Assembly: GCF_006345805.1 (NCBI RefSeq) | Contig: NC_043002.1 | Coordinates: 85,064,001-85,128,000 of the forward strand | Length of the DNA stretch: 64,000 nucleotides | Reading direction: 5' to 3' | Origin: Octopus sinensis | Taxonomy: Eukaryota | Shown: positions 24,291 through 37,340 of the stretch, piece by piece | How positions within the stretch are numbered: position 1 is the stretch's first letter | Layout: each line of letters begins with the position of its first letter | Position numbers and translations under genes: made by a program | Notes under the pieces: model-generated | The model's database searches: none | What the model was told of the DNA's origin: nothing | The model's input: the letters and a program-made list of their open reading frames with translations, nothing else

Positions 24291-27200
24291 TAGATTTTTG
24301 CAGTCATTTTCGTGCGTTTGTCATTCAATTTGATAATCGGGTCATATAAAGTCGCGAAAAAAATTAGCGCCTTGAAGTTAGTCATTCAAATTCGTTTTTC
24401 GATCATTCAATTTCACACTTCGGTCAAAGAATTAAGCATTTATATCATTCAAATTAAAATGCCCGTCGAGAGCATTCGAATTATTCGGAATGCGAGGAAG
24501 CGTCTTTTCAAGCATTCAAATTTGTTTCGGAGCAATCTATTTAACACTTCGAGCAATCAAATTAGCACGATAGCTGTTTTGGTTTTATCTCATGATCATT
24601 GTTACCATAGTCATGTGTTTTCATCCATTGTTTATGCTTTAAGCGCTCTATCGTGCCCATGTCTTTTCTATACGTTCTTTTATGTTTGCATAGGTACATG
24701 TATTTATTGTTAAAGACGTCAGGAAATCGCATTCCAGCCTTTTCAGTCTTTTTAAAGAAACTCACAATTACAACAAATGCTTGTTTTCTTTGATTCTGAA
24801 TATATTATGCTGTGATATGTGTTCTTCCTTTGCATGAGATGTCTTGTTGGGAAAAGTATATATTTCTTTGATTTTGCATTCTTTCTTTCATCGGAGAAAG
24901 GGTTCTATGTACACAGATAATTACTGATTTACAGTCTTGATAAGGAGAGTTCGTTTGAGAGGACTTAGTCCTCTATTTCTGGCGGTCGAGGCATCACGGG
25001 AGGTAGATCTGGTGTAACTGTACCAACGAACACAATTTTCTGGAGTGATAGCGTTGATGTTACGACTTGCGACCTGTTGTATAGCATGTGCTCGCCGTTC
25101 TTCCATAGTCATGCTGGCTTCTTCTGCAGCTTCCCGGTTCTCCAACCCTTTGCTGCAACTCAGCTCGAGCGAGGTCCCACTTGACAGCCGCCTTAAAGGC
25201 AGAATGTACTATTTCCGTACAGTTAAGAAACGGCGAGTAGGGAGGGAGGATTTTCAGACAGCTGTACTCTTCTTGCATCAGACAACAAGTGTTCTGCATA
25301 AGTCCACACTTCTGACACCTCCGGACACTGAACAATAGCGTGCAGGACAACTTCCCTCTCCTGCTCGCATCTTGGACAGACCGATGGGCATTCGGTATAC
25401 CACGTACCCAACTTCGATCTTCGACGTAACCAGTTTTCCCGTCCATCAAAACTAGTGAACTTGGGAAACATCCGTTTCGCCAGCGGAGACCACACCCGTT
25501 CATCATCCAGGAGGAGACAGAGATGCCTCAACCTCAGCGCATGTTTGCACATCAACAGCCAAGGCATCCCTAGTCCACCCTTTAACGGTTTTTGACAGCA
25601 GACAGAACGCCTCACAAGTGGAGTCGAACCCTTCCACAAGAAGTGGTAGATCTGTCTCTCCAGCTTGCTCAACCACGAATCCGGGTAAGGAACGATGGTT
25701 AGGCAATAGATTATGGCCGATGTGATAAACACATTGGCCACTTCCGCCCTCCTTTTCACGGATAGCCACCGCTAAGATCAGGTCTTGACTATGTGGGTCA
25801 CCTTGCTCGATATCTTATCCCAGTTATTTTCTACCTGGAGATCTGAGCCAAACCAGACTCCTAGCAACTTAACCGGGCCCTCCGTCCAACGTCCCACGGC
25901 GCTATCCGAAGGCATCGACTTGCCTCTCTAGGTGTCGAGTTTCAAGCCGACTGATTTTTCCCGATTAATTTTTGCTTCTGCCACCGACTTGTAAACCTTA
26001 ATGGTTTCACCTACCCTCTGTAGTTGTTCCATCTCAGTCACGATGATGGTGATGTCATCTGCGTATGCTGAAACCGATCCTCCACAAACTGGCTCCCTCA
26101 GGATGCCACTCAACTTTCGCAGTAACGGCTAAAGAGCCATCACATACAAAAGTGGCAGAGCGGACATCCTTGGCGAACCGAACGTTTGATGCAGAACGGC
26201 TTTGAAAGAAAACCGTTCACCTGAACGATCGAGTCGATGTTGTCATACAATTGAATGATCCACCTAAGGAAGCCAAGACCTAGTCCGAACCTCACAAGAA
26301 CAGACTCCAGGTAATGATGGTCAACCCTATCGAACGTTTTAGCTTGGTCTAAATGGACCAGTGCTCCATCCTCGCCAGATTTACTATCAAATTCCTCTAA
26401 GGTCTAGCGTAGAAGATGGAGATTATCCTGGATGTTTCTGCCGGGAACGGCACATGTCTGTGCCTCCCTGATCAGACCATCCGCGACACGCGACCAACCT
26501 TTTTGTTAACACCTTGGCCAAAATCTTCAACTCTGTGTTTAGCAGAGTGATAGGCCTAAAATTACCTATGCTATCACTCTTGTCCGAGTCCTTTCTGATC
26601 AGCGTCACCACATTTGAGGTGAAAAATCCATCCTCAGAGGGCCTACATCATTCCTGTGGTCATTCGCCAATATATTATAACTTTTTTGGTTGATGCAGTA
26701 TACCGCAATATTATCCACACATTTTTCTTCCATTCGCTTGGCATTTGAAATGATTGCCAAGTGACATATAAGTCTCTGGTTCGAGCTCCGAATCGACATA
26801 TAATACTCTTGTTTACCTGTTTTTATTGGGTTTTTGGCTTTTTTAAAGTCTCTTTTATTTTTCAGTTTTTACTGGGGAGGTTAGTTTTATCATTTTTTCT
26901 GTTGTTGACCATTCCTTCTCGTTGCTGCTTACTGGTGTTGCGCTACTGCTTTCTCCAGTTCCACTGCTCTCCTACGTTGTAGTTTCTTTTCTGGTGCAGC
27001 CTCCTCCTTCTCTTTGGTCTCCTCTCGAGCGAGGTTACACTCGGCTCTAATGTGCCTTTTTTTCCCGCAGTTAAACATCTGGGTTTCCGACTTTCAACCA
27101 TTACAATTAGTCGGTTCTCCCTTACCTGCACCACTTCAGGAATTTCCTCTAAGGTCAGGGGCTCGGCTTGAATCGTCATTTTTATGCTTTACCCCTGCCA

Positions 27201-28469
27201 GTTCGTCTCCTCGGTAGCCACTGCTTCTAGCAGTGTGATTTTTTCCTCTAGTTCTAGCATCACAGCTGCCACGAACCACTCTGCGTCAGTCTCTGGAGAC
27301 ATGTTGTTAATTCTAATTCAGGATGTTCTCCTCCCCATATAAATAGGCAGGAATATCCCCTCTTCCGTTCTTAGAGGGTCCACCGAATGGAGCCTTGCTT
27401 TTTCTGCAGACTCCATCCTGACTTCTACTGTCGCGAACCTCTTACCTCTTGTGATGTAAGTAATGTCTGGCCATACCGCTTGGAGACACTTTTCTATTTC
27501 TTTTTCTTGTACGAGGTCAATTTTTTTATTCTTAACATGATATGTCACTGTTCGTTTCATAATGTCTTCCGCTAAGCTTTCCGGAGGGCCCACTTTAACT
27601 TCTGTCCCCTCCTTGGTGAGATATGTCTTTGTACATGTACAACTTCTCCGTGTTTAACTTCCTTATTTTACTGCCAGCTGCCGCTGCAAAATTCATTCTT
27701 TCTGGTGACGCTGAGTTACTTGGCGACTCGCCACTGGCTTGCCACCTCTATATTTCTTTTTATGTTTGGTTTCTTTGGTGATCTATTCCTGCTTGCTGAC
27801 TCAGCACCTAGCTTTCTAAGTGATACATTTTTATCGGGGGCCACAAGTGATTCACCGGTTGAAGTATTTGGTATACATGAAACTCTACATAGTCCTCTAA
27901 TATTACCCCGTATCGTCTCTCAAGTTCCTTTTTCTTTTTCTGTCTAATCTCCCATATATCAACACGTAAACGTTCTTAAGTTCATCTTGAAGTTCATCCA
28001 GTTGGCATTTAGATAGTACCACCTCCAAATCCTCACTCCAGTTATCTGGCAATTCCGGGGACAGAAGAATCACGTAATTTATTTCATTCTCGTAGCTATA
28101 ACAGCATAATAAAATTTGCATGACAAAATGTGTCATTTAAATTTGTCATTTTTAATATTCACTTCTTAGATTGCCAGCACATGTAAATTAGAGCTAAATT
28201 GAATAAACTTATTCCGGACTCGAATGCTCACGTGCGAATTTGAATGCTCGAAAAGACACCTCCTCGTATTCCGACTAATTTGAATGCTCTCGACGGGCAT
28301 TTTAATTTGAGTGATATAAATGCTAAATTCTTTGACCGAAATGGGAAATTGAATTATCGAAAAACGAATTTGAATGATTAACTTCATGGCGCTAATATTT
28401 TTTCTCGACTTTATTTGACCCGATTATCAAATTGAATGACAAATGTATGAAAATGACTACAAAAACTTA
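24291..28469 (-). mobile_element. IS630/Tc1-like transposon with ~250-bp TIRs, interrupted by a LINE
   Basis: 24291-24540 is the reverse complement of ~28225-28469; transposase C-terminus LKILPPYSPFLNCTEIVHSAFKAAVK and NINAITPENCVRWY at 24921-25258. Confidence 0.75.
25258..27760 (-). mobile_element. L1/Tx1-like LINE (ORF1 with CCHC knuckle, RT; APE domain and 3' end missing)
   Basis: CFNCGKKGHIRAEC at ~27030-27075, NFRPITLLNTELKILAKVL, YADDITII, LWKGSTPLVRR, CPRC. Confidence 0.9.
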
Positions 28470-28648
28470 TGATAATATTTGTATTGAATGAGAGTTTAAG
28501 TTTTGCCTAACGGCTTATTCAACCAGTCGACACAGATTTTATAACCGATTTTATTCTAGTCTGAGTATTTGAATCCCCTCACCTTCAGTAAATGTTCTAT
28601 TGTTATTCTTAAACTTGCTTCAAAATAATAACCTCAGTTAACACTTAG

Positions 28649-28713
<65 letters not shown>

Positions 28714-28814
28714 CTCAGACATACATAGCCATACGCATTCACTCACGCAAAAAACCTAAATGAATATATATATACAAATACATATACGCATCTATATAGT
28801 GTACATATATATAT

Positions 28815-28857
<43 letters not shown>

Positions 28858-28920
28858 TACATATGTATTCATATATATGTGTGTGAGTGTACGTATTATT
28901 TATATATATATGTGTGTATG

Positions 28921-29026
<106 letters not shown>

Positions 29027-29645
29027 CACACATTCGTGCATATATATGTGTGAGTGTATGTATGTATGTATGTATATACAAGCTCATTTATGTATGTATT
29101 ACATTTGCGGGCGCGCGGAGGTGAGTGTGTGTGTGTGTGTGTATGTATGTATGAATGTATATATTGTGTTTTGTTAAAATACTTCACACATTTCGCTCGC
29201 AATGTCTTCTCTTCCTCCACGTTTATTAATCTGTCTACAGCTGCACCCTGATTTTTTTTTTTTTTCGTCTGCTGTAGTAATTGCCTTAAGGGGTGGAGTC
29301 GTGATATTGTCAGATCTATGACATCAACTCATAATTGATAACATGAGAAAAATAAACTTGTAAAGATTGTCAAAGAAAATTAACTAGGGGTGGTGTCATT
29401 GAAATATATGACATGGAGTTAACTGATGTTGGCAAAGTGTTGGCAAAACATTCTATTAAATCCTCATCGTATTGTCTCAGCATGGAGTGCAAATGATTTG
29501 TATATCATGGTTGTTGTTATTGTTGTTCTTTAACCCCAGGTCAACCCTTATCCAGCAGGAGACGCTTGGTGATTACTTAAAAGAAGTGAGTGTATGTATG
29601 TGTATGTATGTGTATGTACGTATGGATTGTGTGTGTGTATATATA

Positions 29646-29715
<70 letters not shown>

Positions 29716-29719
<4 letters not shown>

Positions 29720-29909
29720 CCGCGTGAGTACCGTTGGCGATTTGTTTTCCTCCGTCTTCCCTCTCTGGATCTTTCCTTTTCCTATGTTTCTGACGAAGAG
29801 CTCCGCTCGAAACGTTAAACCCTCCTTCTTTCCTGAGCGTCCAATAATACTATATTTGTTCCACGTCCTCGCGTTGTTGTGTTTTCTCTTTGTGTTTTCA
29901 TGTTTGGAT

Positions 29910-29912
<3 letters not shown>
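29716..29912 (+). mobile_element. Short Penelope-pLTR-like element with a minimal hammerhead, in (TA)n
   Basis: A second copy lies in reverse orientation at 59917-60088. Confidence 0.75.
29786..29820 (+). ncRNA. Minimal type I hammerhead (palindromic AACGTT stem III)
   Basis: gttt CTGACGA a gagc tcc gctc GAAAC GTT aaac. Confidence 0.75.
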
Positions 29913-29980
<68 letters not shown>

Positions 29981-30399
29981 GCAAATTGAGATAGGGGTTG
30001 TAAATGCAACCCTCCATGGGATAACATATATCCAATATACTGCCAGTGAAGTACCCAACAAAGTTAATATATAAATGTTAAGAATTGCGATGCAATTAAT
30101 TCATTTACTGTATTATATGGGCAAAGGTAAAGCGCGCGCACGGCGTACTGAAAACATTACTACGTTCTAGCTTTTCTGTTAACATTATTTTGTTTATTTA
30201 TTCTTTCATTATTACGTACGAGTTTTTTCCAGTTTGCTTGACACTGTAAAATTCCCAAACCTGTCTTCAGCATTTCAAGGACTTCGAGGTCTCATCTTCA
30301 GAATGACGTAGTTGTGGCGTGTGTTATTTGTATTTGTATTTGTATTGTTCTATGGTTTGGTTTACTAGTTTGTTTAAATATCCGCGATTGATTAGGTTT

Positions 30400-30800
30400 T
30401 GTTTTATTCTATTGACTTCTTCATTTACTGTTTATTGATTATGAAAGAACATCTAAATACTTTTCTGATAGGGATTTCCCCATTGGCATTATAGATGTGT
30501 GTTGACATTCTCTCTTTCCATATAAATACTGATATTTATTTCTCTAATTGATGTAGACGATATGATGTATATCATGTTTATGTCTAGATATAGAGACGGT
30601 GCTGTTTTTCGCTAGAAGTTTTATTTGTGCTGTTATGGATGTTGCATTTTCAATAAAGTTCTTTTATTTTTCGGCATCTTCCCGTGTATCCCATAACGAC
30701 GAGTTTGTTGCCGATAAACTTGATGTATCTAAAAACTTTATACCTTCTTGTTTTGTGTGATTTATTAATTACCCATGTAGAACAATGCAAAGGTTGACCG
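30400..30800 (-). mobile_element. Possible highly decayed Penelope-like EN remnant
   Basis: Broken frames GYTGR, ENATSITAQIKLLA, ERENVNTHL, LSEKYLDVL resemble a GIY-YIG C-terminus. Confidence 0.3.
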
Positions 30801-33299
30801 TAAGGGAGAAACTATACCTACTCCATCTTTTTTCTTATGTAACTTGCTTTGTGAATAGAGGAAAGTAACTTTACTTGTACAGTCCACGAATTATTTCTTT
30901 AATATGTAGGCTGATATCACGGGTGGTTTTATTGTACGTATGTATTATCAAATATGGGTTCTATTATTTAGGCAATGATAAACAGATATTCTGCGCCGAA
31001 GTTAAACCTTCACTTTTGTATCGTATTATTTGAAAGTAATTTATCTACTTTTTCTGACAGGTTGAGTGATCGCCTGGAGCATAACTCCCTACCTGGGGTG
31101 TGAGATGGTATTTCAGGAGGGAAAATATATACTTTGCTGAAATGAGGAAACATTTATACATATTTATTAAAATCACTTTTCAGAATAAAATTATTAATTA
31201 ACTCTTAAAAATAACTAATTACATGAAAAAATTCTTCTTGTGGAGATTCAATCTATAAAGGATTAAGGCTAAGAACTGTTTCCTCATTTCATTTGCAACG
31301 ATATACGTGAATCTGATTTCAGTTCTCTTTTGTCAATCAAGACAAAATCTAGAAATCGCCTGAATCCACAGGCATATCTGTGGATCGAGTCAATAAGAAA
31401 GATCCACGTTTTAATTAAATTTATGAATGAGAAGCAGGAACAAAAATGTCTTGTGATTCATTTTACTGCTTACAGTTATTTTTTCCAGCTGCTCAATTTA
31501 CATTTGCATTTTAATGCACTTATTGTTTAAGCTCAATGCATTCATTCATAGTGCTGTGTGTATTTCAATTAAAAAAAGGATAATAAATACGTTATTAGAA
31601 AATTGATACTTTTATCTTCATATGCGATATTACTTTCGAATAGGGTGTGAAATTTAATCTAACGTATCCTAGGGGTGCAAAATATTGAAAAGGCTGGAAA
31701 CCATTGACCTAAGGCTTCCTTTTTGCTCGAAAGAAGGAAAACATTCCTTTCAAGGCCATTTCATCATCTTATTTTCAGTCACAGTACACCCTGGACTGCA
31801 TTCCTCAAAGTGTTCTTTGTGTTTCTGATAGGTTGTTAACAATATATGATTAAACTTAACAATATATTATTGAACACGGGAATGGCAGGATTCGTATCAC
31901 AAACTAAAAAGATAGTTACTTCTCAATAGCCTAATCCACCTGGCTGTGAGTGTGTTCCATGAGGTGATTAAGTTCAGTGGTGTAAGCAGCAGTAAACCAG
32001 AGGCAGGGATGTTAAATTGGTGAATGAGTTATAAGCTTCAATCAAGTATTCCTTTCTATAGGCACAAGGCTTGAAATGGTGGGGAAAGTGGTTAGTCAAT
32101 TACATTTATCCCTTGTGCGCAACTGGTACTTATTTCATAGACTCCAAAAAGATGAAAGGCAAATGTCGACCTCTGCGGAATTTGAACCCAGAACGTAAAG
32201 ACGAACGAAATTCCGCAGAGTGTCGCGGCCAATTTAGTTCTCGACCATCTGTAAAGCACTCACCCGCAAACCACAATGTGACATGGATATATGCTACAAG
32301 AAGTAGGTAGGTGCATCTGAAGGTAAAAATTTCTTACATCAGCTCAAAAACCAGAAATTAAGGGAGTGAGAACAGTCAATTTGACTCCAGTGCTTGACTG
32401 GCGTTTTATGTCGATTTTGGGAGGAAGAAAAGCGAAGTTGGCGGGAGGAAAAGCGAAGTTGGGAAGATGAAAAGCGAACTTGGGAGGAAGAAAAGCGAAG
32501 AACATAAAGAATCGGAAATAAATACCGTAAGGTTTTTGGACTGACGCCTTAATACTTCATCAATTCGTCGTAAAAGTAATAAACTAAGGGATTGAATGTG
32601 CCTATGGGTGATTATTTGCCAATCAGTCGTAGGGTCTTACTCTGGATGCAGTCCAAGATATTTGCGTCTTATCTTTCACTTGTTTCGGTCATTGGACTGC
32701 TACCCTGTTAGGGCATTGTCTTGGAGTGTATTAGTCGAGTGAATCGACGCCATTACTTGTTTTTTAAAGCTTCTGCTTATTTTATCGATATCTTGTGTCG
32801 AAGCACTAAGTTACTTGGACGTAAACAATACAACACTGGGTGTCAAGTTGCAGTGTGGGACAAATACAAATACATACGAACACAAATATGAACATACATA
32901 ATTCGTGTTATTCTAAGAAGCGACACACGTTACAAGAATTTGCGATTCGGGTCGAATGGAAAACACCACACCAAATCCTTGTTATAGTATCCGTGTGAAA
33001 GGATTTGGGACTGGCTAGCTTGAACAGGACATAGAGTCGTATAATGAATAAAAATGAAATCAAACACAGTAAAAATCTTCTTCTGTTAAGACATATATAT
33101 AAAGATAGATAAATAATTAAGGGTTTAGCAACGAATTGCCTCACCAACACACCGAATTTAGAAATAGCAGTCAAAGAGATATAGCTATTCCTTCTACTAA
33201 AAGGGGGATCTCAGTAAAAACACAGCACTTGAAAGGCAAACACAGACAGGTAAGAAAGAAGAATGAAATGACGGCAATCCATCATGCAATTTTACGTTA

Positions 33300-33391
33300 C
33301 CTACGGACGTACGTTTCGAGATCAAGTTTTAGGATAGCGTAAGAATTAGAAAATTCTACTTTACCCGTACTTCTTCTCTCATCGGCGCAGG
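33300..33391 (-). ncRNA. Array hammerhead 1 (CCGAUGA core)
   Basis: cctgcg CCGATGA gaga...tctc GAAAC gtac GTC cgtagg on minus. Confidence 0.78.
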
Positions 33392-33878
33392 ATACTACAA
33401 TTATGAATAATTGTATATTAAATTTTGAGATACTAGAATGCATCATCTCAACTCAGAGCGAGCTAAAGCATGACCAGTACCACGAAATTCAAAGTTTGAA
33501 TGAAAGTTTGTGTCACCAGCCCCCTTCCACCCGCGTGTAGCCAAGACAAAATGCTGTGGTCATTTACTGGGATAAAATATGGTTATCAGTAATAATAAAA
33601 GGTGAATTAATTAATTAGGGGTAATTATCAATTACACCAAGTAGATTTCAGCATGTAAAAGCCCCATTCGAGAAAATTTAAGTAATACTAAGTAATTAAG
33701 GGTTTAGCAACGAATTGCCTCACCAACACACCGATTTAGAAATAGCAGTCAAAGAGATATAGCTATTCCTTCTACTAAAAGGGGGATCTCAGTAAAAACA
33801 CAGCACTTGAAAGGCAAACACAGACAGGTAAGAAAGAAAGAATGAAATGACGGCAATCCATCATGCAATTTTACGTTA

Positions 33879-33973
33879 CCTACGGACGTACGTTCGAGAT
33901 CAAGTTTTAGGATAGCGTAAGAATTAGAAAATTCTACTTTACCCGTACTTCTTCTCTCTCTCATCGGCGCAGG
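33879..33973 (-). ncRNA. Array hammerhead 2 (GAAC, one A missing)
   Basis: Same motif with cgttcg instead of cgtttcg. Confidence 0.65.
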
Positions 33974-34463
33974 ATACTACAATTATGAATAATTGTATAT
34001 TAAATTTTGAGATACTAGAATGCATCATCTCAACTCAGAGCGAGCTAAAGCATGACCAGTACCACGAAATTCAAAGTTTGAATGAAAGTTTGTGTCACCA
34101 GCCCCCTTCCACCCGCGTGTAGCCAAGACAAAATGCTGTGGTCATTTACTGGGATAAAATATGGTTATCAGTAATAATAAAAGGTGAAATTAATTAATTA
34201 GGGGTAATTATCAATTACACCAAGTAGATTTCAGCATGTAAAAGCCCCATTCGAGGAAAATTTAAGTAATACTAAGTAATTAAGGGTTTAGCAACGAATT
34301 GCCTCACCAACACACCGAATTTAGAAATAGCAGTCAAAGAGATATAGCTATTCCTTCTACTAAAAGGGGGATCTCAGTAAAAACACAGCACTTGAAAGGC
34401 AAACACAGACAGGTAAGAAAGAAAGAATGAAATGACGGCAATCCATCATGCAATTTTACGTTA

Positions 34464-34558
34464 CCTACGGACGTACGTTTCGAGATCAAGTTTTAGGATA
34501 GCGTAAGAATTAGAAAATTCTACTTTACCCGTACTTCTTCTTCTCTCATCGGCGCAGG
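34464..34558 (-). ncRNA. Array hammerhead 3
   Basis: Same motif. Confidence 0.78.
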
Positions 34559-34921
34559 ATACTACAATTATGAATAATTGTATATTAATTTTGAGATACT
34601 AGAATGCATCATCTCAACTCAGAGCGAGCTAAAGCATGACCAGTACCACGAAATTCAAAGTTTGAATGAAAGTTTGTGTCACCAGCCCCCTACCACCCGC
34701 GTGTAGCCAAGACAAAATGCTGTGGTCATTTACTGGGATAAAATATGGTTATCAGTAATAATGAAAGGTGAAATTAATTAATTAGGGGTAATTATCAATT
34801 ACACCAAGTAGATTTCAGCATGTAAAAGCCCCATTCGAGGAAAATTTAAGCTCGCTCTGAGTTGAGATGATGCATTCTAGTATCTCAAAATTTAATATAC
34901 AATTATTCATAATTGTAGTAT

Positions 34922-35013
34922 CCTGCGCCGATGAGAGAAGAAGTACGGGTAAAGTAGAATTTTCTAATTCTTACGCTATCCTAAAACTTGATCTCGAAAC
35001 GTACGTCCGTAGG
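34922..35013 (+). ncRNA. Array hammerhead 4; predicted cleavage after 35007
   Basis: cctgcg CCGATGA gaga...tctc GAAAC gtac GTC cgtagg. Confidence 0.78.
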
Positions 35014-35500
35014 TAACGTAAAATGCATGATGGATTGCCGTCATTTCATTCTTTCTTTCTTACCTGTCTGTGTTTGCCTTTCAAGTGCTGTGTTTTTACT
35101 GAGATCCCCCTTTTAGTAGAAGGAATAGCTATATCTCTTTGACTGCTATTTCTAAATTCGGTGTGTTGGTGAGGCAATTCGTTGCTAAACCCTTAATTAC
35201 TTAGTATTACTTAAATTTTCCTCGAATGGGGCTTTTACATGCTGAAATCTACTTGGTGTAATTGATAATTACCCCTAATTAATTATTTTCACCTTTTATT
35301 ATTACTGATAACCATATTTTATCCCAGTAATGACCACAGCATTTTGTCTTGGCTACACGCGGTGGAAGGGGGCTGGTGACACAAACTTTCATTCAAACTT
35401 TGAATTTCGTGGTACTGGTCATGCTTTAGCTCGCTCTGAGTTGAGATGATGCATTCTAGTATCTCAAAATTTAATATACAATTATTCATAATTGTAGTAT

Positions 35501-35592
35501 CCTGCGCCGATGAGAGAAGAAGTACGGGTAAAGTAGAATTTTCTAATTCTTACGCTATCCTAAAACTTGATCTCGAAACGTACGTCCGTAGG
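35501..35592 (+). ncRNA. Array hammerhead 5
   Basis: Same motif. Confidence 0.78.
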
Positions 35593-36084
35593 TAACGTAA
35601 AATTGCATGATGGATTGCCGTCATTTCATTCTTTCTTTCTTTCTTACCTGTCTGTGTTTGCCTTTCAAGTGCTGTGTTTTTACTGAGATCCCCCTTTTAG
35701 TAGAGGAATAGCTATATCTCTTTGACTGCTATTTCTAAATTCGGTGTGTTGGTGAGGCAATTCGTTGCTAAACCCTAATTACTTAGTATTACTTAAATTT
35801 TCCTCGAATGGGGCTTTTACGTGCTGAAATCTACTTGGTGTAATTGATAATTACCCCTAATTAATTAATTTCACCTTTTATTATTACTGATAACCATATT
35901 TTATCCCAGTAAATGACCACAGCATTTTGTCTTGGCTACACGCGGGTGGAAGGGGGCTGGTGACACAAACTTTCATTCAAACTTTGAATTTCGTGGTACT
36001 GGTCATGCTTTAGCTCGCTCTGAGTTGAGATGATGCATTCTAGTATCTCAAAATTTAATATACAATTATTCATAATTGTAGTAT

Positions 36085-36176
36085 CCTGCGCCGATGAGAG
36101 AAGAAGTACGGGTAAAGTAGAATTTTCTAATTCTTACGCTATCCTAAAACTTGATCTCGAAACGTACGTCCGTAGG
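36085..36176 (+). ncRNA. Array hammerhead 6
   Basis: Same motif. Confidence 0.78.
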
Positions 36177-36664
36177 TAACGTAAAATTGCATGATGGATT
36201 GCCGTCATTTCATTCTTTCTTTCTTACCTGTCTGTGTTTGCCTTTCAAGTGCTGTGTTTTTACTGAGATCCCCCTTTTAGTAGAAGGAATAGCTATATCT
36301 CTTTGACTGCTATTTCTAAATTCGGTGTGTTGGTGAGGCAATTCGTTGCTAAACCCTAATTACTTAGTATTACTTAAATTTTCCTCGAATGGGGCTTTTA
36401 CATGCTGAAATCTACTTGATGTAATTGATAATTACCCCTAATTAATTAATTTCACCTTTTATTATTACTGATAACCATATTTTATCCCAGTAAATGACCA
36501 CAGCATTTTGTCTTGGCTACACGCGGTGGAAGGGGGCTGGTGACACAAACTTTCATTCAAACTTTGAATTTCGTGGTACTGGTCATGCTTTAGCTCGCTC
36601 TGAGTTGAGATGATGCATTCTAGTATCTCAAAATTTAATATACAATTATTCATAATTGTAGTAT

Positions 36665-36756
36665 CCTGCGCCGATGAGAGAAGAAGTACGGGTAAAGTAG
36701 AATTTTCTAATTCTTACGCTATCCTAAAACTTGATCTCGAAACGTACGTCCGTAGG
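36665..36756 (+). ncRNA. Array hammerhead 7
   Basis: Same motif. Confidence 0.78.
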
Positions 36757-37248
36757 TAACGTAAAATTGCATGATGGATTGCCGTCATTTCATTCTTTCT
36801 TTCTTTCTTACCTGTCTGTGTTTGCCTTTCAAGTGCTGTGTTTTTACTGAGATCCCCCTTTTAGTAGAAGGAATAGCTATATCTCTTTGACTGCTATTTC
36901 TAAATTCGGTGTGTTGGTGAGGCAATTCGTTGCTAAACCCTTAATTACTTAGTATTACTTAATTTTCCTCGAATGGGGCTTTTACATGCTGAAATCTACT
37001 TGGTGTAATTGATAATTACCCCTAATTAATTAATTTCACCTTTTATTATTACTGATAACCATATTTTATCCCAGTAAATGACCACAGCATTTTGTCTTGG
37101 CTACACGCGGGTGGAAGGGGGCTGGTGACACAAACTTTCATTCAAACTTTGAATTTCGTGGTACTGGTCATGCTTTAGCTCGCTCTGAGTGAGATGATGC
37201 ATTCTAGTATCTCAAAATTTAATATACAATTATTCATAATTGTAGTAT

Positions 37249-37340
37249 CCTGCGCCGATGAGAGAAGAAGTACGGGTAAAGTAGAATTTTCTAATTCTTA
37301 CGCTATCCTAAAACTTGATCTCGAAACGTACGTCCGTAGG
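37249..37340 (+). ncRNA. Array hammerhead 8
   Basis: Same motif. Confidence 0.78.

Noticed and set aside
30262-30312. Hammerhead-like CTGAAGA...GAAA on the minus strand
   Set aside because: No consistent stem I, stem III or NUH could be assigned.
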